Shown here: piece after piece, positions 46,801 through 61,800 of the stretch | How the letters are laid out: each line of letters opens with the position of its first letter | Position numbering within the stretch: the first letter of the stretch is position 1 | Origin: Nitrosopumilus sp. | Lineage (GTDB): Archaea; Thermoproteota; Nitrososphaeria; Nitrososphaerales; Nitrosopumilaceae | NCBI GenBank assembly: GCA_965218785.1 | Contig: OZ244650.1 | Coordinates: 1,184,001-1,248,000, forward strand | DNA: 64,000 bases | Direction: 5' to 3' | The notes under the pieces: model-generated | Told to the model about the DNA's origin: nothing | The model's input: the letters and a program-made list of their open reading frames with translations, nothing else | Databases searched by the model: none | Translations under genes and position numbers: made by a program

Positions 46801-49800
46801 GTAATGGTATCGTCTGCTAAAATATCAACTGCCTGCAGGTATGCCTTTTGAGTATCACCCCTGTATGCAACTATCACCGTGTCATCATCGAGTTTTACAA
46901 GAGATGAGTACTGTCCATTATTATTTGCGCCAAGTGCCGTAACAGTTCCAAAAGACAAAGCACCGTTGTCAGGATCAATACTTATAATCTGGATATAGTT
47001 GTCGGGGGAGGCATCAGGATACGAATATGCAACTACCAGCCTGGTTGCATCAAGTGTTACCAGGGAGTGGTTGTGCGTCTGCTGGCCATCAAGGACAATT
47101 CCTATGGAGGTAAGCACGGAAACACCAAACGGTGCAGTAGTAGATGCGGTATCAACATCATATGTTCTGAGACGACTGGTACTGCCGGCCACATATGTAA
47201 CTGCGATGGTATCATCATCCACAGCTGTAACAGCGGTGGATCTTGGGTGGGTTGTAAATTCGTTAATCGTCGTGGTTTTATCCTGAGTTCGGGTTTCAAC
47301 CGTCCGACTGCCAATCAACGTAATGTCCCCGCCAATGATACTGTACAGGTTAAGAACAGTGTCAAAATTCCAGAGAGCCGCATCATCGCTATTGGCTCTA
47401 GTTACAGTGTGGGATGAGACATAGTAATCACCGGTGAAATGTACCAGGTTGTGCCTGTAGCCGCCTGGTGTAAGGTCAAGTGAGTTTATTTGGGATATGG
47501 GATTTACTGTAACGGTGTATGTGGCAGATGCCGTGTTGCCGTTGCCTACCTCACCTACTGCCGCATCTGTTGCCACATCTGCAGGAATCAACACTGTGAT
47601 TATTCCACCATTGAGGGTAGTTGCAGCAAAGGTGTACGTGCTACCAGAACCGGTTGGTGTAGTGAGGGTTGCAGCTGCAGTACCAGATACTGTAATATCA
47701 TCTACGGCATCAAAGCCGGTTACATCCTCGCTGAAGGTGGCAGTATAAAATACAGAGCCGTCGTTTGTGCTGGCGCCATCAGCGACATTGGCAGTTATGG
47801 TTACAGTTGGTACAGCAGTATTGACTGTGACTGTGTAATCCCCAGATGCCGTGTTGCCGTTGCCTACCTCACCTACTGCCGCATCTTCTGCCGCATCTGT
47901 TGCCGCATCTGCCGGGATGGATACGGTGACCGTGCCATCAGTGGTGGTAGTCACAGTAAAGGTGTATGTGTCACCGGATCCGGCTGGCGCGGCAACAGTT
48001 GGACCGGCAGTACCAGATACGGTGATATCAGATACGGCATCAAAGCCTGTCACGTCCTCGCTGAAGGTGGCAGTGTAGGTTATGGTGTTGGCGTTGTGTA
48101 TACTACCATCAGGGGTGGTACTAGATAGGATTACGGTGGGTGCAATAGTATCAACTGTAACGATGTATACACGAGATGCATCATTGCCGTTGCCTGCCGG
48201 ATCAGTTGCCACGTTTGCGGGAATCGTTACTATGACCGTACCATCACCGGTAGTCACCACGTCAAACGTATACGCAGTTGGGCTGGTTGCCACAAAGTTT
48301 GATGCTGTAGGCGAGCCACCAGATGCCGTTCCAGTTACGACAATATCCTCCAGAACAAAGTTTGTAGTAGGATCGTTGAAGACGGCAATGTAGGATATTG
48401 TGTTGGTGTTTTGTTTGCCGTCATCAGAAGTAGCGGTGGATAGGAGCACGCTGGATCCACCGGTATCAACTGTGACGGTGTACATACCAGATGCCGTGTT
48501 GGCGTTGCCTGCAGTATCAGTTGCCGCACCAGTAGGAATTGATACAACGACTGTGCCATCGGTGGTGGCAGTCACAGTAAAGGTGTACGTGTCACCGGAT
48601 CCGGCTGGTGCAGCGGCAGTTGCAGTTGCAGTACCACCCAGTGTAATATCAGATGCGGCAAAGCCTGTCACGGTCTCGCTGAAGGTTGCAGTATATGTTA
48701 TGGCACCGGCGTTTGTAATGGCACCATCAGCGGTATCAGCGTTAGTTATGGTTACAGTTGGTGCAACAGTATCCACAATTACTGCAGAGGTGCCGCCAAG
48801 TGAATCAGCAGAAGTGGTCGAAGGAAGCACCAGGTTTGCAAGAGCGGTGCCACCAGTGGCAGTTATGCTTCCGCCGCTTGGTGTAAGGGAGCCGGTACCG
48901 ACATAGTTGAGATCACCTGTATTGTGTCCTGAAATAACGGTATACTGGAATATTATCGCGGCTGTACCTGTGCCTGAGAAATAGCCAGCTGATGCATCGG
49001 CAGTACCAGTCTCCAGTAACAGTTGCGGGGTTTCATTTACGTCTACTGGCGCGTCAAATGTTACGGTGATATCAACTGTGTCACCTGCGTTGTATGGACC
49101 GCCTGTCGCAGATACGGAATCCACATTTGGTGCATCAGGGTTTGGCACGTTGTTTGTCACGGTTTGGGCGGTAAATGTGGCAAGTGTGTTTCCTGCGATA
49201 TCAGTTATGCCAGAACCCATGTATGCTACTGTGGGTGCATCTACAAACACTATTGACGTATCTACTGTTATGGTTATGGTACTGCCAGATACTACAACAT
49301 TACCAGATACGGTGTTACTTGGGAGGACTGTAAAGTCTGTTGCAATCGCAGATCCCATAATGGGTTCTGATGCGGTAACTTCAATCGTTCTCGCAGTAAG
49401 GGTGGTGGCAGAAGAGAAGACAGGTGCGGTGATATCAACTGTAACTGTGTGTGTGGCAGATGCCGTGTTGCCGTTGCCTGCCTCATCTGCTGCCGCATCT
49501 ACGGGAATTGATACAACGACTGTACCATCATTGCTGGCAGTCACAGTAAAGGTGAACTCGGAGCCAGATACAATGGGTGCAGATGCCGTTCCAGCAGCAG
49601 TACCAGATACCATAATATCAGATGCGGTATTAAAGCCTGTCACAACCTCATCAAAGGCGACAGTGTAGGATATGATGCCAGTGTTTATGGTGGTACCATC
49701 AGGGGTAGCAGAAGTCAGCGTTGCAGTCGGACTTGTAGTATCAGACACGTTGTTTGTTACGGATGGTGTGGTAAATTGCGTCAGTGCATTTCCTGCAACA

Positions 49801-52800
49801 TCAGTTATGCCGCTGCTCACATACGATACGGTGAATGTGGCTCCGGGTATTATTTCAGTATCTACAGTTATGATTATGGTACTGCCAGACAGTACGGCAT
49901 TGTCAGATACGTTGCCATCTGAGAATGTAAAGTCTGTCGCAGTTGTGGTTCCGTCAAGGGTTTCAGACGCGGTAATTACAACCGTGGTCGCATCACGGGT
50001 TGCAACAGAGACAAATTCAGGTGCCTCGGTATCCACAATTACTGCAGAACGGCCAGCAAGTGAATCAGCAGAAGTGAGTACAGGTAGTGTCAGATCAGCA
50101 GGAATGTCGTTATCGAAGGCAAGTATGGTTCCGCCGTTTAGGTCAAGTGAGCCAGTACCGACATAGTTGAGATCATCAGAAGTGTGTGTTGCCGCAACGG
50201 TATATCTGAATGTCAAGGCAGTTCCACCCGTGCCTGTGGTATAGTCTACTACAGCGTCATTAGTACCAGTCTCCAGTGTGAGTTGTGGGACACCAGATAC
50301 GATTACTTTCTCGTTAAATGTTACGATAATGTCAACTGTTTCACCCGTACTGTATGAATCGTTTGTTGTCGCAGATACGCCAGTTATGCTTGGTCCGGTG
50401 GTATCGACTGTAACGGTATACACGCTAGATGCCGTGTTGCTGTTGCCTGCCACATCCGTTACCCTATTTGGGTGGATGGCTATTTGGACGGTGCCATCAC
50501 CGGTGGTTGCCACATCAAACGTATACACAGATGTGCTGGTTGGCAGCAAGCCTGATGCTGCAGGCGAGTTGTCAGACGCCGTTCCAGTTACGCCAATATC
50601 GCCTATAACAAAGCCCATAACAGGCTCGCTGAAGGTGGCAGTGTAGGATACTGTGGCAGTGTTTTGCGTGCCGCCACTAGAGGTGTCAGAAGATAGGATT
50701 ACAGTTGGTCCAGTCGTATCAACTGTGACGGTGTATGTAGCAGATACCGTGTTGTCGTTGCCTGCCGCATCTGTTGCCACATTTGCGGGAATCGTCACTA
50801 TGACCGTACCATCATCGGTAGTCACCACGTCAAACGTATACACAGTTGGGCTGGTTGCCACAAAGTTTGATGCTGTAGGCGAGCCACCGGATGCCGTTCC
50901 AGTTACCGTAATATCAGATACTGCAAATTCAGTTACTGCCATGTCAAAGGTGGCAGTGTAGGATACTGTGGCAGTGTTTTGCGTGCCGCCATTAGTTATA
51001 GTGGTAGTGCTAGACAGGGTTACGCCAGGTGCGGTTGTATCGACTGTGACTGTGTAATCCTCAGATACCGTGTTGCCATTTTCTGCCGGATCAGTTGCCG
51101 CACCAGTAGGAATTGATACAACGACTGTGCCATCGGTGGTGGCAGTCACAGTAAAGGTGTACGTGTCACCGGATCCGGTTGGTGCAGCGGCAGTTGGACC
51201 GGCATCACCAGATACGGTAATATCAGATGCGTCATCAAAGCCTGTCACGTCCTCGCTGAAGGTGGCAGTGTATGTGATGGTGTTGGAGGCTGTGGTGCCG
51301 TTATCATCGGTATCAGCGTTAGTTATGGTTACAGTTGGTACGACAGTATCCACAATTACCGCAGAGCCGCCTCCAAGTGAATCAGAAGAAGTGATCGGAG
51401 GAAGCACCAGGTTTGCAATAGCGCCGTCATCCACGGCTACAATGGTTCCGCTGTTTAGTGTAAGAGAGATGGTACCGACATAGCTGAGATCATCTGTATT
51501 GTGTCCTGAAATAACGTCATACTGGAATATTATTGCAGCTGTACCCGTGCCTGATGAATAGCCAGCTGTTGTACCAGTATTCAGTGATAGTTGCGGGGTT
51601 CCAGTTACGTTTACTGTCTCGTCAAATGTTACGGTGATGTCAACTGTGTCGCCTGCGTTGTATGGACCGCCTGTCGCAGATACGGAATTCACATTTGGTG
51701 CAATAGTGCTTGGCACGTTGTTTGTCACGGTTTGGGCGGTAAATCCGGCAAGTTGGTTTCCTACAGCATCAGTTATGCCAGAACCCGTGTATTCTACTGT
51801 GGGTGCATCTCCAAACACTATTGACGTATCTACTGTTATGGTTATGGTACTGCCAGATAATACAACATCACCAGATACGTTGTTACCTGGGAGGACTGTA
51901 AATTCTGTTATAGCCGCAGATCCCATAATGGGTTCTGATGCGATAATTTCAATCGTGGTGGCAGTAACGGTGCTAGCAGAAGAGAAGACAGGTGCGGTGA
52001 TATCAACTGTAACTGTGTGTGTGTCTGATGCCGTGTTGCCGTTGTTTGCCGCATCTGCTGCCGCATCTGCAGGAATGGTTACCATGACTGTACCATCAGT
52101 GCTGGCAGTCACATCAAAGATGTAATCGGTGCCAGATACAGTGGGTGCAGATGCCTCTGCAGTAGCAGTGCCAGATACCATAATATCAGATGCAGTATCA
52201 AAGCCTATCACGGTCTCATTAAAGGTGACAGTGTAGGATATGGTGGCAGAGTTTGTGGTGGTACCATCAGTGGTACCAGAAGTCAGCGTTGCAGTCGGGC
52301 CCGTAGTATCAGAGACGTTGTTTGTTACGGATTCTGCGGTAAATTGCGTCAGTGCATTTCCTGCAACATCAGTTATGCCGGTACCACCATACGATACGGT
52401 GAATGTGGCTCCGGGTATTATTTCAGTAACTACAGTTATGATTATGGTACTGCCAGATATTTCCGGAGTACCAGATACGTCGTTACCTGGGACTGTAAGG
52501 CCTGTCACATCTGAGGTTACATCAAGGGATTCAGACGCGGTAATTACAACCGTGGTCGTACTACTAGTTGCAGCAGAACGAAATTCAGGTGCCTCGGTAT
52601 CCACAATTACTGCATAGCTGCCGGCAAGTGAATCATCAGAGTCGAGTGCAGGAAGTGCCAGGCTGGCAGGAACGTCGTTATCAAAGGCAAGTATGGTTCC
52701 GCCGTTTAGGTCAAGTGAGTCAGTACCGACATAGTTGAGATCATCAGAAGTGTGTGTTGCCTCAACGGTATAACTGAATGTCAAGGCAGTTCCACCCGTG

Positions 52801-55800
52801 CCTGTGGTATAGTCTACTACAGCGTCATCAGTGCCAGTCTCCAGTGTGAGTTGTGGGACACCAGATACGATTACTTTCTCGTTAAATGTTACGATAATGT
52901 CAACTGTTTCACCCGTACTGTATGAACCGTTTGTCGCAGATACGCCAGTTATGCTTGGTCCGGTGGTATCGACTGTAACGGTATACACACCGGGTGCCGT
53001 GTTGCCGTTGCCTGCCATATCCATGGCACTATTTGAAGGGATGGTTATTCGGACGGTACCATCACCGGTGGTTGCCACATCAAACGTATACACGGTTGCG
53101 CTGGTTATCGCAAAGTTTGATGCCGAAGGCGAGTTGCCAGATGCCGTTCCAGCCACGCCAACATCAGTCAGCATAAAGCCCATCACATCCTCGCTGAAGG
53201 TGGCAGTGTAGGATATCGTGTCGGTGTTTTGTGTGCCGCCATTAGAGGTGGCAGTACTCAGGGTTACAGTTGGTGCGATCGTATCAACTGTGACGGTGTA
53301 TGGGGCAGAGGCCATATTGCCGTTGGTGGTAGTATCTGCTGCCACATCATCAGGAATCGTTACTGTGACCGTACCATCACCGGTAGTCACCACGTCAAAC
53401 GTATACACGGTTGTGCTGGTTTTCACAAAGGCTGATGCTACAGGTGCACCGTTGGATGCCGATCCAATTACCATGATATCACCTATGGCAAAGCCGCTGA
53501 CTGTCTCGTTGAAGGTGGCAGTGTAGGATATCGTGTCGGTGTTTTGTGTACCGCCATTAGAGGTGGCAGTACTCAGGGTTACAGTTGGGCGGGTAAGATC
53601 TTGCAGGATGACGGGTACATTCTGGTTTGTAAATGATACAAGTCGGTTTCCAGCAGCATCAGTTAGGGCATCACCACCGTAGGATACTGTGAGTCTATCT
53701 GAAGGTGTTAATGGTGTGACGACAGTTATGGTTATGGTGCTGCCATCGACTACAGGATCAGCATTAATCATATTGCCATCAAGGGTAAAGTCACCGGTAT
53801 CCACGCTTCCCACAAGTGGTTCTGACACAGTAATTACAATCGTGTTTACATCAGGGGTTGCAACAGAAATGAATCTAGGCGCATCAGCATCAACTGTGAC
53901 GGTGTATGTGTCAGATGCCAGGTTTGCGTTGCCTGCAGTATCTGTTGCCACGGATTCTGGGATGGACACTGTAACTGTACCAGCATTGGTAGTCACCACG
54001 TCAAAGGTGTAGGTGTCCCTGATTCCTGCAAGGTTTGATGCTGTAGGCGCGCCGTCAGATGCGGTTCCAGATACTGTAATGTCTCCCACAACAAAGCCAG
54101 TCACTGCATCGCTAAAGACAACATCATATGATACGGTGGCAGTGTTTTGCGTGCCGCCGTTTGCAGTATCAGCAGTTATGGTTACAGTTGGCGCAAGATC
54201 AAATAACTGCACCCTGTTGTTACTACTGTCTGCAACCAGCAGGTGCGTGGAGGTTGCAGTGATTCCTCGGGGACGGTCAAACTGGTTATCACCCGTACCA
54301 GGACTGGCGTCAGAACGGCCAATCGTGTCGAGATAGTTGCCATCCAAATCAAATACCTGTATCCTGTTATTTTCAGTGTCTGCAACCAGTATGTTCGTGG
54401 GGGTTATGGCAAGTCCTTCTGGGAAGTTAAACTGGCCGTTGCCTGCGCCGAAATTGCCAAACTGGCGGAGATAGTTGCCATCTAGATCAAATACCTGTAT
54501 CCTGTGGTTGCCGGTGTCTGCAACCAGGATGTGCGTGGAGTTTGCTGTGATTTCTCTTGGTGCGTTAAACTGGCCGCCGGGTGGGTCCTCAAGTGGACCG
54601 TAAGCTAGGCATGTGACAATCGTGCAATCAGAGCCATCCCTGGAGTCAGGACCCACCTGACGTGTGTGCTCAGGCGTGCCCGTAAATGTGTTCTCAGGTA
54701 TGACCTCAGTTGTGTGCTCAGGTGGGCCGTAAGTTATGCCGTAAGTTGCGCTGTAACTGCCAAACTGGTCGACATAGCTGCCGTCTAGATCAAACATCTG
54801 TATCCTGTGGTTGAGGCTGTCTGCAACCAGGATGTTCTCGGAGGTTGTTGCGACTCCTCTTGGTGTGTTAAACTGGCCGTCACCCGTACCTAGGCTGCCA
54901 AACTGGTCTTGATAGGCGCCGTCCAGATCAAATACCTGTATCCTGTTGTTGTTGCTGTCTGCAACCAGGATGTGCGTGGAGTTTGTTGTGATTCCTCTTG
55001 GTGTGTTAAGCACACCATCAGTTGGGTTGGGGGTACCAAACTGGCTGAGATAGGTGCCATCCAGATCAAATACCTGTATCCTGTTGTTGTTGCTGTCTGC
55101 GACCAGTATGCTCGTGGAGGTTGTTGTGATGTCTCGCGGTGTGTTAAACTGGTTGTTGCCCGTACCAGGACTGCCAAACTTGTCTTGATAGACGCCGTCC
55201 AAATCAAATACCTGCATCCTGTTGTTGCCGGTGTCTGCAACAATTATGCTCGTGGAGTTTACTGTGATTCCTCTGGGACGGTCAAACTCGCCGTCACCCG
55301 TACCATGACTGCCAATTGTGCGGACATGTGTGCCACCTAAATCAAATACCTGTATCCTGTGGTTGTTGGTGTCTGAAACCAGTATGTGCGTGGAGTTTGT
55401 GGTGATTCCTTGTGGATGACTAAACTGGCCGTTGCCCGTACCAGAACTACCAATTGTGCTGACATGTGTGCCACTTAAATCAAATACCTGTATCCTGTGG
55501 TTGCCGGTGTCTGCAACCAGTATGTTCGTGGAGGTTGTGGTGATTCCTTGTGGAAGGGAAAGCATACCTCGATCAAAATCCGCCATGACCCCATCACGAT
55601 TTTGTCGTTGGATGACATCCACGCCGGAATTGTCAAACGAGCTGCGATGGTTGCCAACTAAATCAAATATCTGTATCCTGTCGTTGCCGGTGTCTGCAAC
55701 CAGTATGTGCGTGGAGTTTGTTGTGATTCCATAGGGTGCGCTAAACTTGCCGTTTTCTGCGCGGATAATGCTGTCGTCAGGTTGGATGACATCTACGCCG

Positions 55801-58800
55801 AAGCTGCCAAACTGGCTGATATAGTTGTACTCCAAATCAAATACCTGTATCCTGTGGTTGTTGGTGTCTGCAACCAGGATGTGCGTGGAGTTTGTCGCGA
55901 CTCCTCTTGGTGCGTTAAACACGCCGTTAGTTGGGCTGGAAGTGCCAAACTGGCTTTGATAGGTGCCATCTGAATCAAATATCTGTACCCTGTGGTTGAG
56001 GCTGTCTGAAACCAGTATGTTCTCAGAGGTCGTTGTGATTCCTCGGGGACGGTCAAACTGGCCGTCACCTGGGCCGGGATTGAGACTGCGATAGCCAATC
56101 GTGTGATCATAGGTGGCAATAAATGAACCTTCAGGGGCAGCAGTCACGGTGTTTGTCACGGACTGGGAGGTAAATGTCTCAAGTGCGTTGTTAGAGCCGT
56201 CAGTTATGGTATCACCGGTATATCCGACTGTAACCGTACTGCCGCTGAGAATTGTCCCATTCACGGTTATGGTAATGGTGCGGCCGGCCACTATAGGATC
56301 AGCGGGAATGCCATTATTTGAAACGCTAAAGACTTCCGCAGATGCGGTTCCCACCAAGCGTTCTGATGCGACAAGTACGATTGTAACATCATCAGTGGTG
56401 ATACCGGATTCTATGGTTGGCACCTTTATATCAGTGCCCGGAACTATGGCGGCAATTGTCTTGATCGTGTTGGTAGATGCAACATTACTTGGCAGGGTTT
56501 CTGGAAGATCCCCTCCGTATACGAGTGCCAGTATGTCATCATCCACCCTGACAAGCGAGTTGAATGCGCCGTCTTCCGTATCGTGTTCAAACGGTCCGCC
56601 TGCAGTAGCCAGGCCGGTGGTGGTTACATCATATACCCGGATAAAGCCGCCGGCGTCTGCACCCCTGTATGCGACTGCCAGGGTGTCATCATCCAGTTTT
56701 GCCAGCGAGTTGAGGTGTATACGTTCCTCAAATGCCGCGTCTGCCGCATTGTCATAATACGTGACAGTCGCGCCCCTTTGCGTGAATGCGCCGTTTGTCG
56801 CAACATCAAATATCTTGAGACGTCCCACCCCGTCATCAGTAGGAGTACCAAACTGGCTGCGATAGGTGCCATCCAAAGCAAATACCTGTACCCTGTTGTT
56901 GCCGGTGTCTGCAACTAGTATGCTCGTGGGGGTTGTGGTGATTTTAAGCGGCGTGTTAAACTCGCCGTTGCCAGTACCAGAACTGCCAAACTGGCTGCGA
57001 TAGGTGCCATCCAGATTAAGTATCTGTACCCTGTGGTTGCCAGAGTCTGTAACCAGTATGCTCGTGGAGGTTGTGGTGATACCTCTTGGGAAGATAAACG
57101 CGCCGTTGCCCGTACCAGAACCGCCAAACTCGCGGAGATAGGTGCCATCCAGATCAAATACCTGTACCCTGTTGTTGCCGGTGTCTGTAACCAGTATGCT
57201 CGTGGAGGTTGTTATGATTCCACTTGGTCCGTTAAACAGGCCGTTGCCCCTACCAGAACCGTCAAACTGGTTTACATAGGTGCCATCCAGATCAAATACC
57301 TGTACCCTGTGGTTGCCGGTGTCTGCAACCAGTATGTGCGTGGAGTTTGTTGTGATTCCTCTTGGGAAGATAAACTCGCCGTTGCCCGTACCAGAACCGT
57401 CAAACTGGTTTACATAGGTGCCATCCAGATCAAATATCTGTATCCGGTGGTTGCCGGTGTCTGCAACCAGTATGTGCGTGGAGTTTGTTGTGATTCCACG
57501 TGGGGAGTAAAACTGGTTGTTGCCTGTGCCGTTACTGCCAAACTGGCTGACATGGGTGCCGTCCAGATCAAATATCTGTATCCTGCTGTTGCCGGTGTCT
57601 GCAACCAGTATGTTCGTGGAGGTTGTGGTGATTCCTCCTGTTGCGTCAAGCATGCCGTCAGTTGTGCTGGGAGTACCAATCTCAGAGTATGCAAGTGCGA
57701 CGGTACTATCATCGATTTGGAGAAGAGAGTTGTATGCTGTTCTGCCGGCATCATGTGGAATAGCTGTTCGGGGAGTAAGTACGGATGCACCGCCGGATGA
57801 AACATCAAATGCTTGTATGTGTCCTGCCGCATCAGCGCCACGGTATGCAAGTACCACCGTATCAGCGTCGAGTTTGACTGCGGATTGGTACCGTCCCTGA
57901 TCGGCAGTAATGCTTACTGCTTCACCTGCAGTCAGCATGCCATCAGGAGCAACACGAATAGCCTGGATAAAGCCGTCAGGCGAGGAATTTGAATGTGAAT
58001 ATGTAATTATCAGCGTGTCTGCATCAAATGCAATCAAGGACTGGCTGGAGATCTGCCCGCCGGTGTCACCTGTTCTATAGTCGACGCTGTTGCGGTTTCC
58101 AAACGGCGTCATAGAGGTAGTATCAACATCAAATGTTGTAATGGCCGCTACTTCTGGCATTAATGTGACAGTACTGATGAAGGGGCATCCACGGACAGGG
58201 TGACAAATGGTTGTAACTGTACCTTCCGTACTGTCTGTATCAGTACGCACGTGTGAAATGGCAATGGTATCATCATCGATACGTACGATGGAGGTAGACC
58301 TTGGATCTTCTCTTGCATCATCGGTATTCTCACCTGAATCCTCAGGAGTGATGGCCACAATCTGAGGATCAGTCGGAGGATCAGTCGGAGGATCAACTTC
58401 CTGTGTTGTGAATATGATGGGCCGGTCTGTAACGGTGGCCACAGTCTGGCTGCCAATCAGCGAGATCTGCCCGTCAGTGATGCTGTATAGTCTGATATCG
58501 GTGTTGTGATTCCAGGTGGCAATGCCGGTATATACAGATACGGTGTGTGATGAGACGTAATAATTGCCAGTTAGGTGTATCAGGTCGTGTCGGTATCCGT
58601 TGTCTGGGAGTTCAACAGAGTGTACCGGTGATATGATATGATCAGTCGGGTCAGCGGCACCTGGCACGTTGTTTATCACGGCCTGTGGGGTAAATACCGC
58701 AAGTGGGTTTCCTGCGGCGTCAGTTATGTCACTACTACTGACAGGGTATGATACTGTGATATCGTCTGCAGAGGTTATTTCCGTATCTACGGTTATGGTT

Positions 58801-61800
58801 ATGATGTTACCGAATATTACAGGAACGGCAGTAAAGGCGTTGCCGGTCATGACAAAGTCAGATGCAGTAACGGTTCCCACAAGGGGTTCTGATGTAGTAA
58901 TTGCAATCATGGTTGGAGTGACAGTTGCAGCAGAGACGAATACCGGTGCGGCTGCATCAACTGTGACGGTGTGTGTGCCAGATGCCTCATTGAGGTTGCC
59001 TCCCGCATCTATTGCCACAGCTGCTGGAATCTGTACTGTGACTGTACCATCAGTGCTGGCAACCACGGTAAAGGTGTATGTGATGCCATCCACAGTAGAG
59101 GCGTACGTGACTTTGTCGTCTTCAATAGGAATAGAGACAGTTGCAGTCCTCGCCGTACCAGACAGTGCAATATCAGTTTCCTGATCACCGAAACCGGTTA
59201 CGGGCTCGCTAAATTGTACAGTATATGATAAAGTGCGAGAGTCTGCGGTGCTGCCATTAATCGTATCGTCATTGGTCAGTGTTACAGTTGGCACGTTGTC
59301 GTTTGTCACAGACCGTAGGCTAAATGTGACAAGTGCGTTTCCTGCGAGATCAGTTATGGTAGTACCGTGGTAACTTACCGTGACTGTGCTGTCGATGGGG
59401 ATTGCATTGTCCACGTTTATGGTTATAGTGCTGCCGGATATCTCCAGGTTGCCCACCAGGGTGTTATCAGATATGGTATTAGATATGGTATTAACAGATA
59501 CACCAAAGTGTTCCCTGTTAACAGTTCCCGCAAGGGGCTCTAATGCGGTAATTACGATCGTATACGCATCATGGACCACAGCAGAAGAGAAGACGGGTGC
59601 TATAGTATCAACTGTGACGGTGTACGGGTCAGATGCCGTGAGGGTCTTGCCTGCAGGAACCATTGCCGCATCTGCGGGAATCATTACTGTGACCGTACCA
59701 TCACCGGTGGTCGCCACGTCAAAGGTATATGCGGTTGCGTTGATTGCCACAAAGTTTGATATGGCAGGTGCACCGCCTGATGCCGATCCGGTTACCGTAA
59801 TACCAGTTTCATCAAAGTTTGTCACATCCTCGCTGAATATGGAGGTGTACGATACCGTGTCGCCGGTTTGTAAGTTATCATCAGGGGTAGGACTGTCCAG
59901 GGTTACGGTGACCATGGTAGTATTAACTGTGACGGTGTATGGGTCAGATGCCACGTTGCCGTTGCCTGCAGCATCCGTGGCCACGCCTTCAGGAATCGTT
60001 ACTATGACCGTACCATCACCGGTGGTTGTCACGTCAAACGTATACACGGTTGTGTGGTTTACCACAAAGTTTGATACGACAGGCGAGTTGTCGGATGCCG
60101 TTCCAGTTACCATAATATCAAATATATCAAAGTCCCTCATGCTCTCGCTGAAGGTGGCAGTGTAGGATATGGTCTCAGAACTCTGCGTGCCACCATCAGG
60201 GGTGGCAGTGTAGGATATGGTCTCATGTAGGTACCTGCTGTCCTCAGGGACCACACATACATTCGCCCCCACCGGTGGCACCTCACATATCACTGTCCCA
60301 GGTTGGGACATGCGGTCCTCAGGGACCACACATGCCGTCTCCCCCTCCGGTATCTCCCTACATAGCACTGTCACATGTTGGAACGTGCCATCATCACGGA
60401 TCATACCAGCAATTATGTATTCTTCGCCTAGTTGCACCACAGTCCCAGGTTGGGACGTGCCGTCATCACGGATCACACCAGCAATCATGTATTCGTCGCC
60501 TGATTGCACCACAGTCTCAGGTTGGGACGGGTCGTCAGCAGGGATCACACATACCGTCTCCCCCTCCGGTGGCACACACACCACTGTCACAGGTTGGGCC
60601 GTGCCGCCATCACGGATCACACGGGTGCCAGCAGTCAGGGTTACGGTGGGTGATACGGTATCAACTGTGACGGTGTATGTGTTGGATGCCGCGTTGCCGT
60701 TTGCGGCAATATCTTCTGCCACACCTGCCAGAATCGTTACTTTGACTGTACCGTCACTGGTAGTCACCACGTCAAACGTATACACGGTTCCGCCGCTGAT
60801 TTCCACAAAGTTTGATGCGGCAGGCGTGCCAACTGATGCCGATCCGGTTACCGTAATATCAGATGTACCAAAGCCCGTCACGGGTTTGCTAAATACGGCA
60901 GTATATGATAAAGTGTTAGAGTTTGTGTCGCGGTTATTAATCGTATCGTCGTTGGTCAGGGTTACAGTTGGCCCGGTATCCGTCACAGACCTCGCATCAA
61001 ATCTGGCAAGTGCGTTTCCTGCGAGATCAGTTATGGTATTACTGGTGTAATTTATCGTAACTGTGCCGCCGTCGGGAATTGCCGTTCCCACGGTGATAGT
61101 TACAGTACTGTCAGATATTACAGGAACACCAAAGATCGTATTGTCGGATACCTCAAAGTCGTCTGCAGCAACAGATCCTCCAAGGGGTTCTGATGCAGTA
61201 AATACGATCGTAATGGCATTAGAAATTACAACATGGGAGAAGACAGGTGCAGTTGTGTCGGCAGTAACGGTGTATGTGGCAGATACCACGTTGCCGTTGC
61301 CTGCCGCATCCGTGGCCACGCCTGCGAGAATCGTTACTAATACTGTACCGTCACTGGTAGTTACCACGTCAAAGGTATACACAGTTGCGCTGATTTCCTC
61401 AAAGTTTGATGTGGCAGGTGTGCCGCCTGATGCCGTTCCAGTTACTCTAATATCAGATTCAGCAAAGTCCGTTACATCCTCGCTAAAGGTGGCAGTGTAC
61501 GATACCGTGTCGCCGGTTTGTAAGTTATCATCAGGGGTGGTACTAGATATGGTTACGGTGAGCGTCTCAACATCAACTATGACGGTGTGTGTGTCAGATG
61601 CCGTGTTGCCGTTGCCTGCCGCATCCGTGGTCATACCTGCGGGAATCGTTGCCAGTACGGTGCCATCACCGGTAGTCACCACGTCAAATGTGTATGATGT
61701 GCCGCCGGTTCCTGCAAGGTTTGATGCTTCAAGCGTGCCGCCTGATGCAGCTGCTGCTGCCGTTCCAGATACGACAATGTCTGATTCTATAAAGTCTGCA

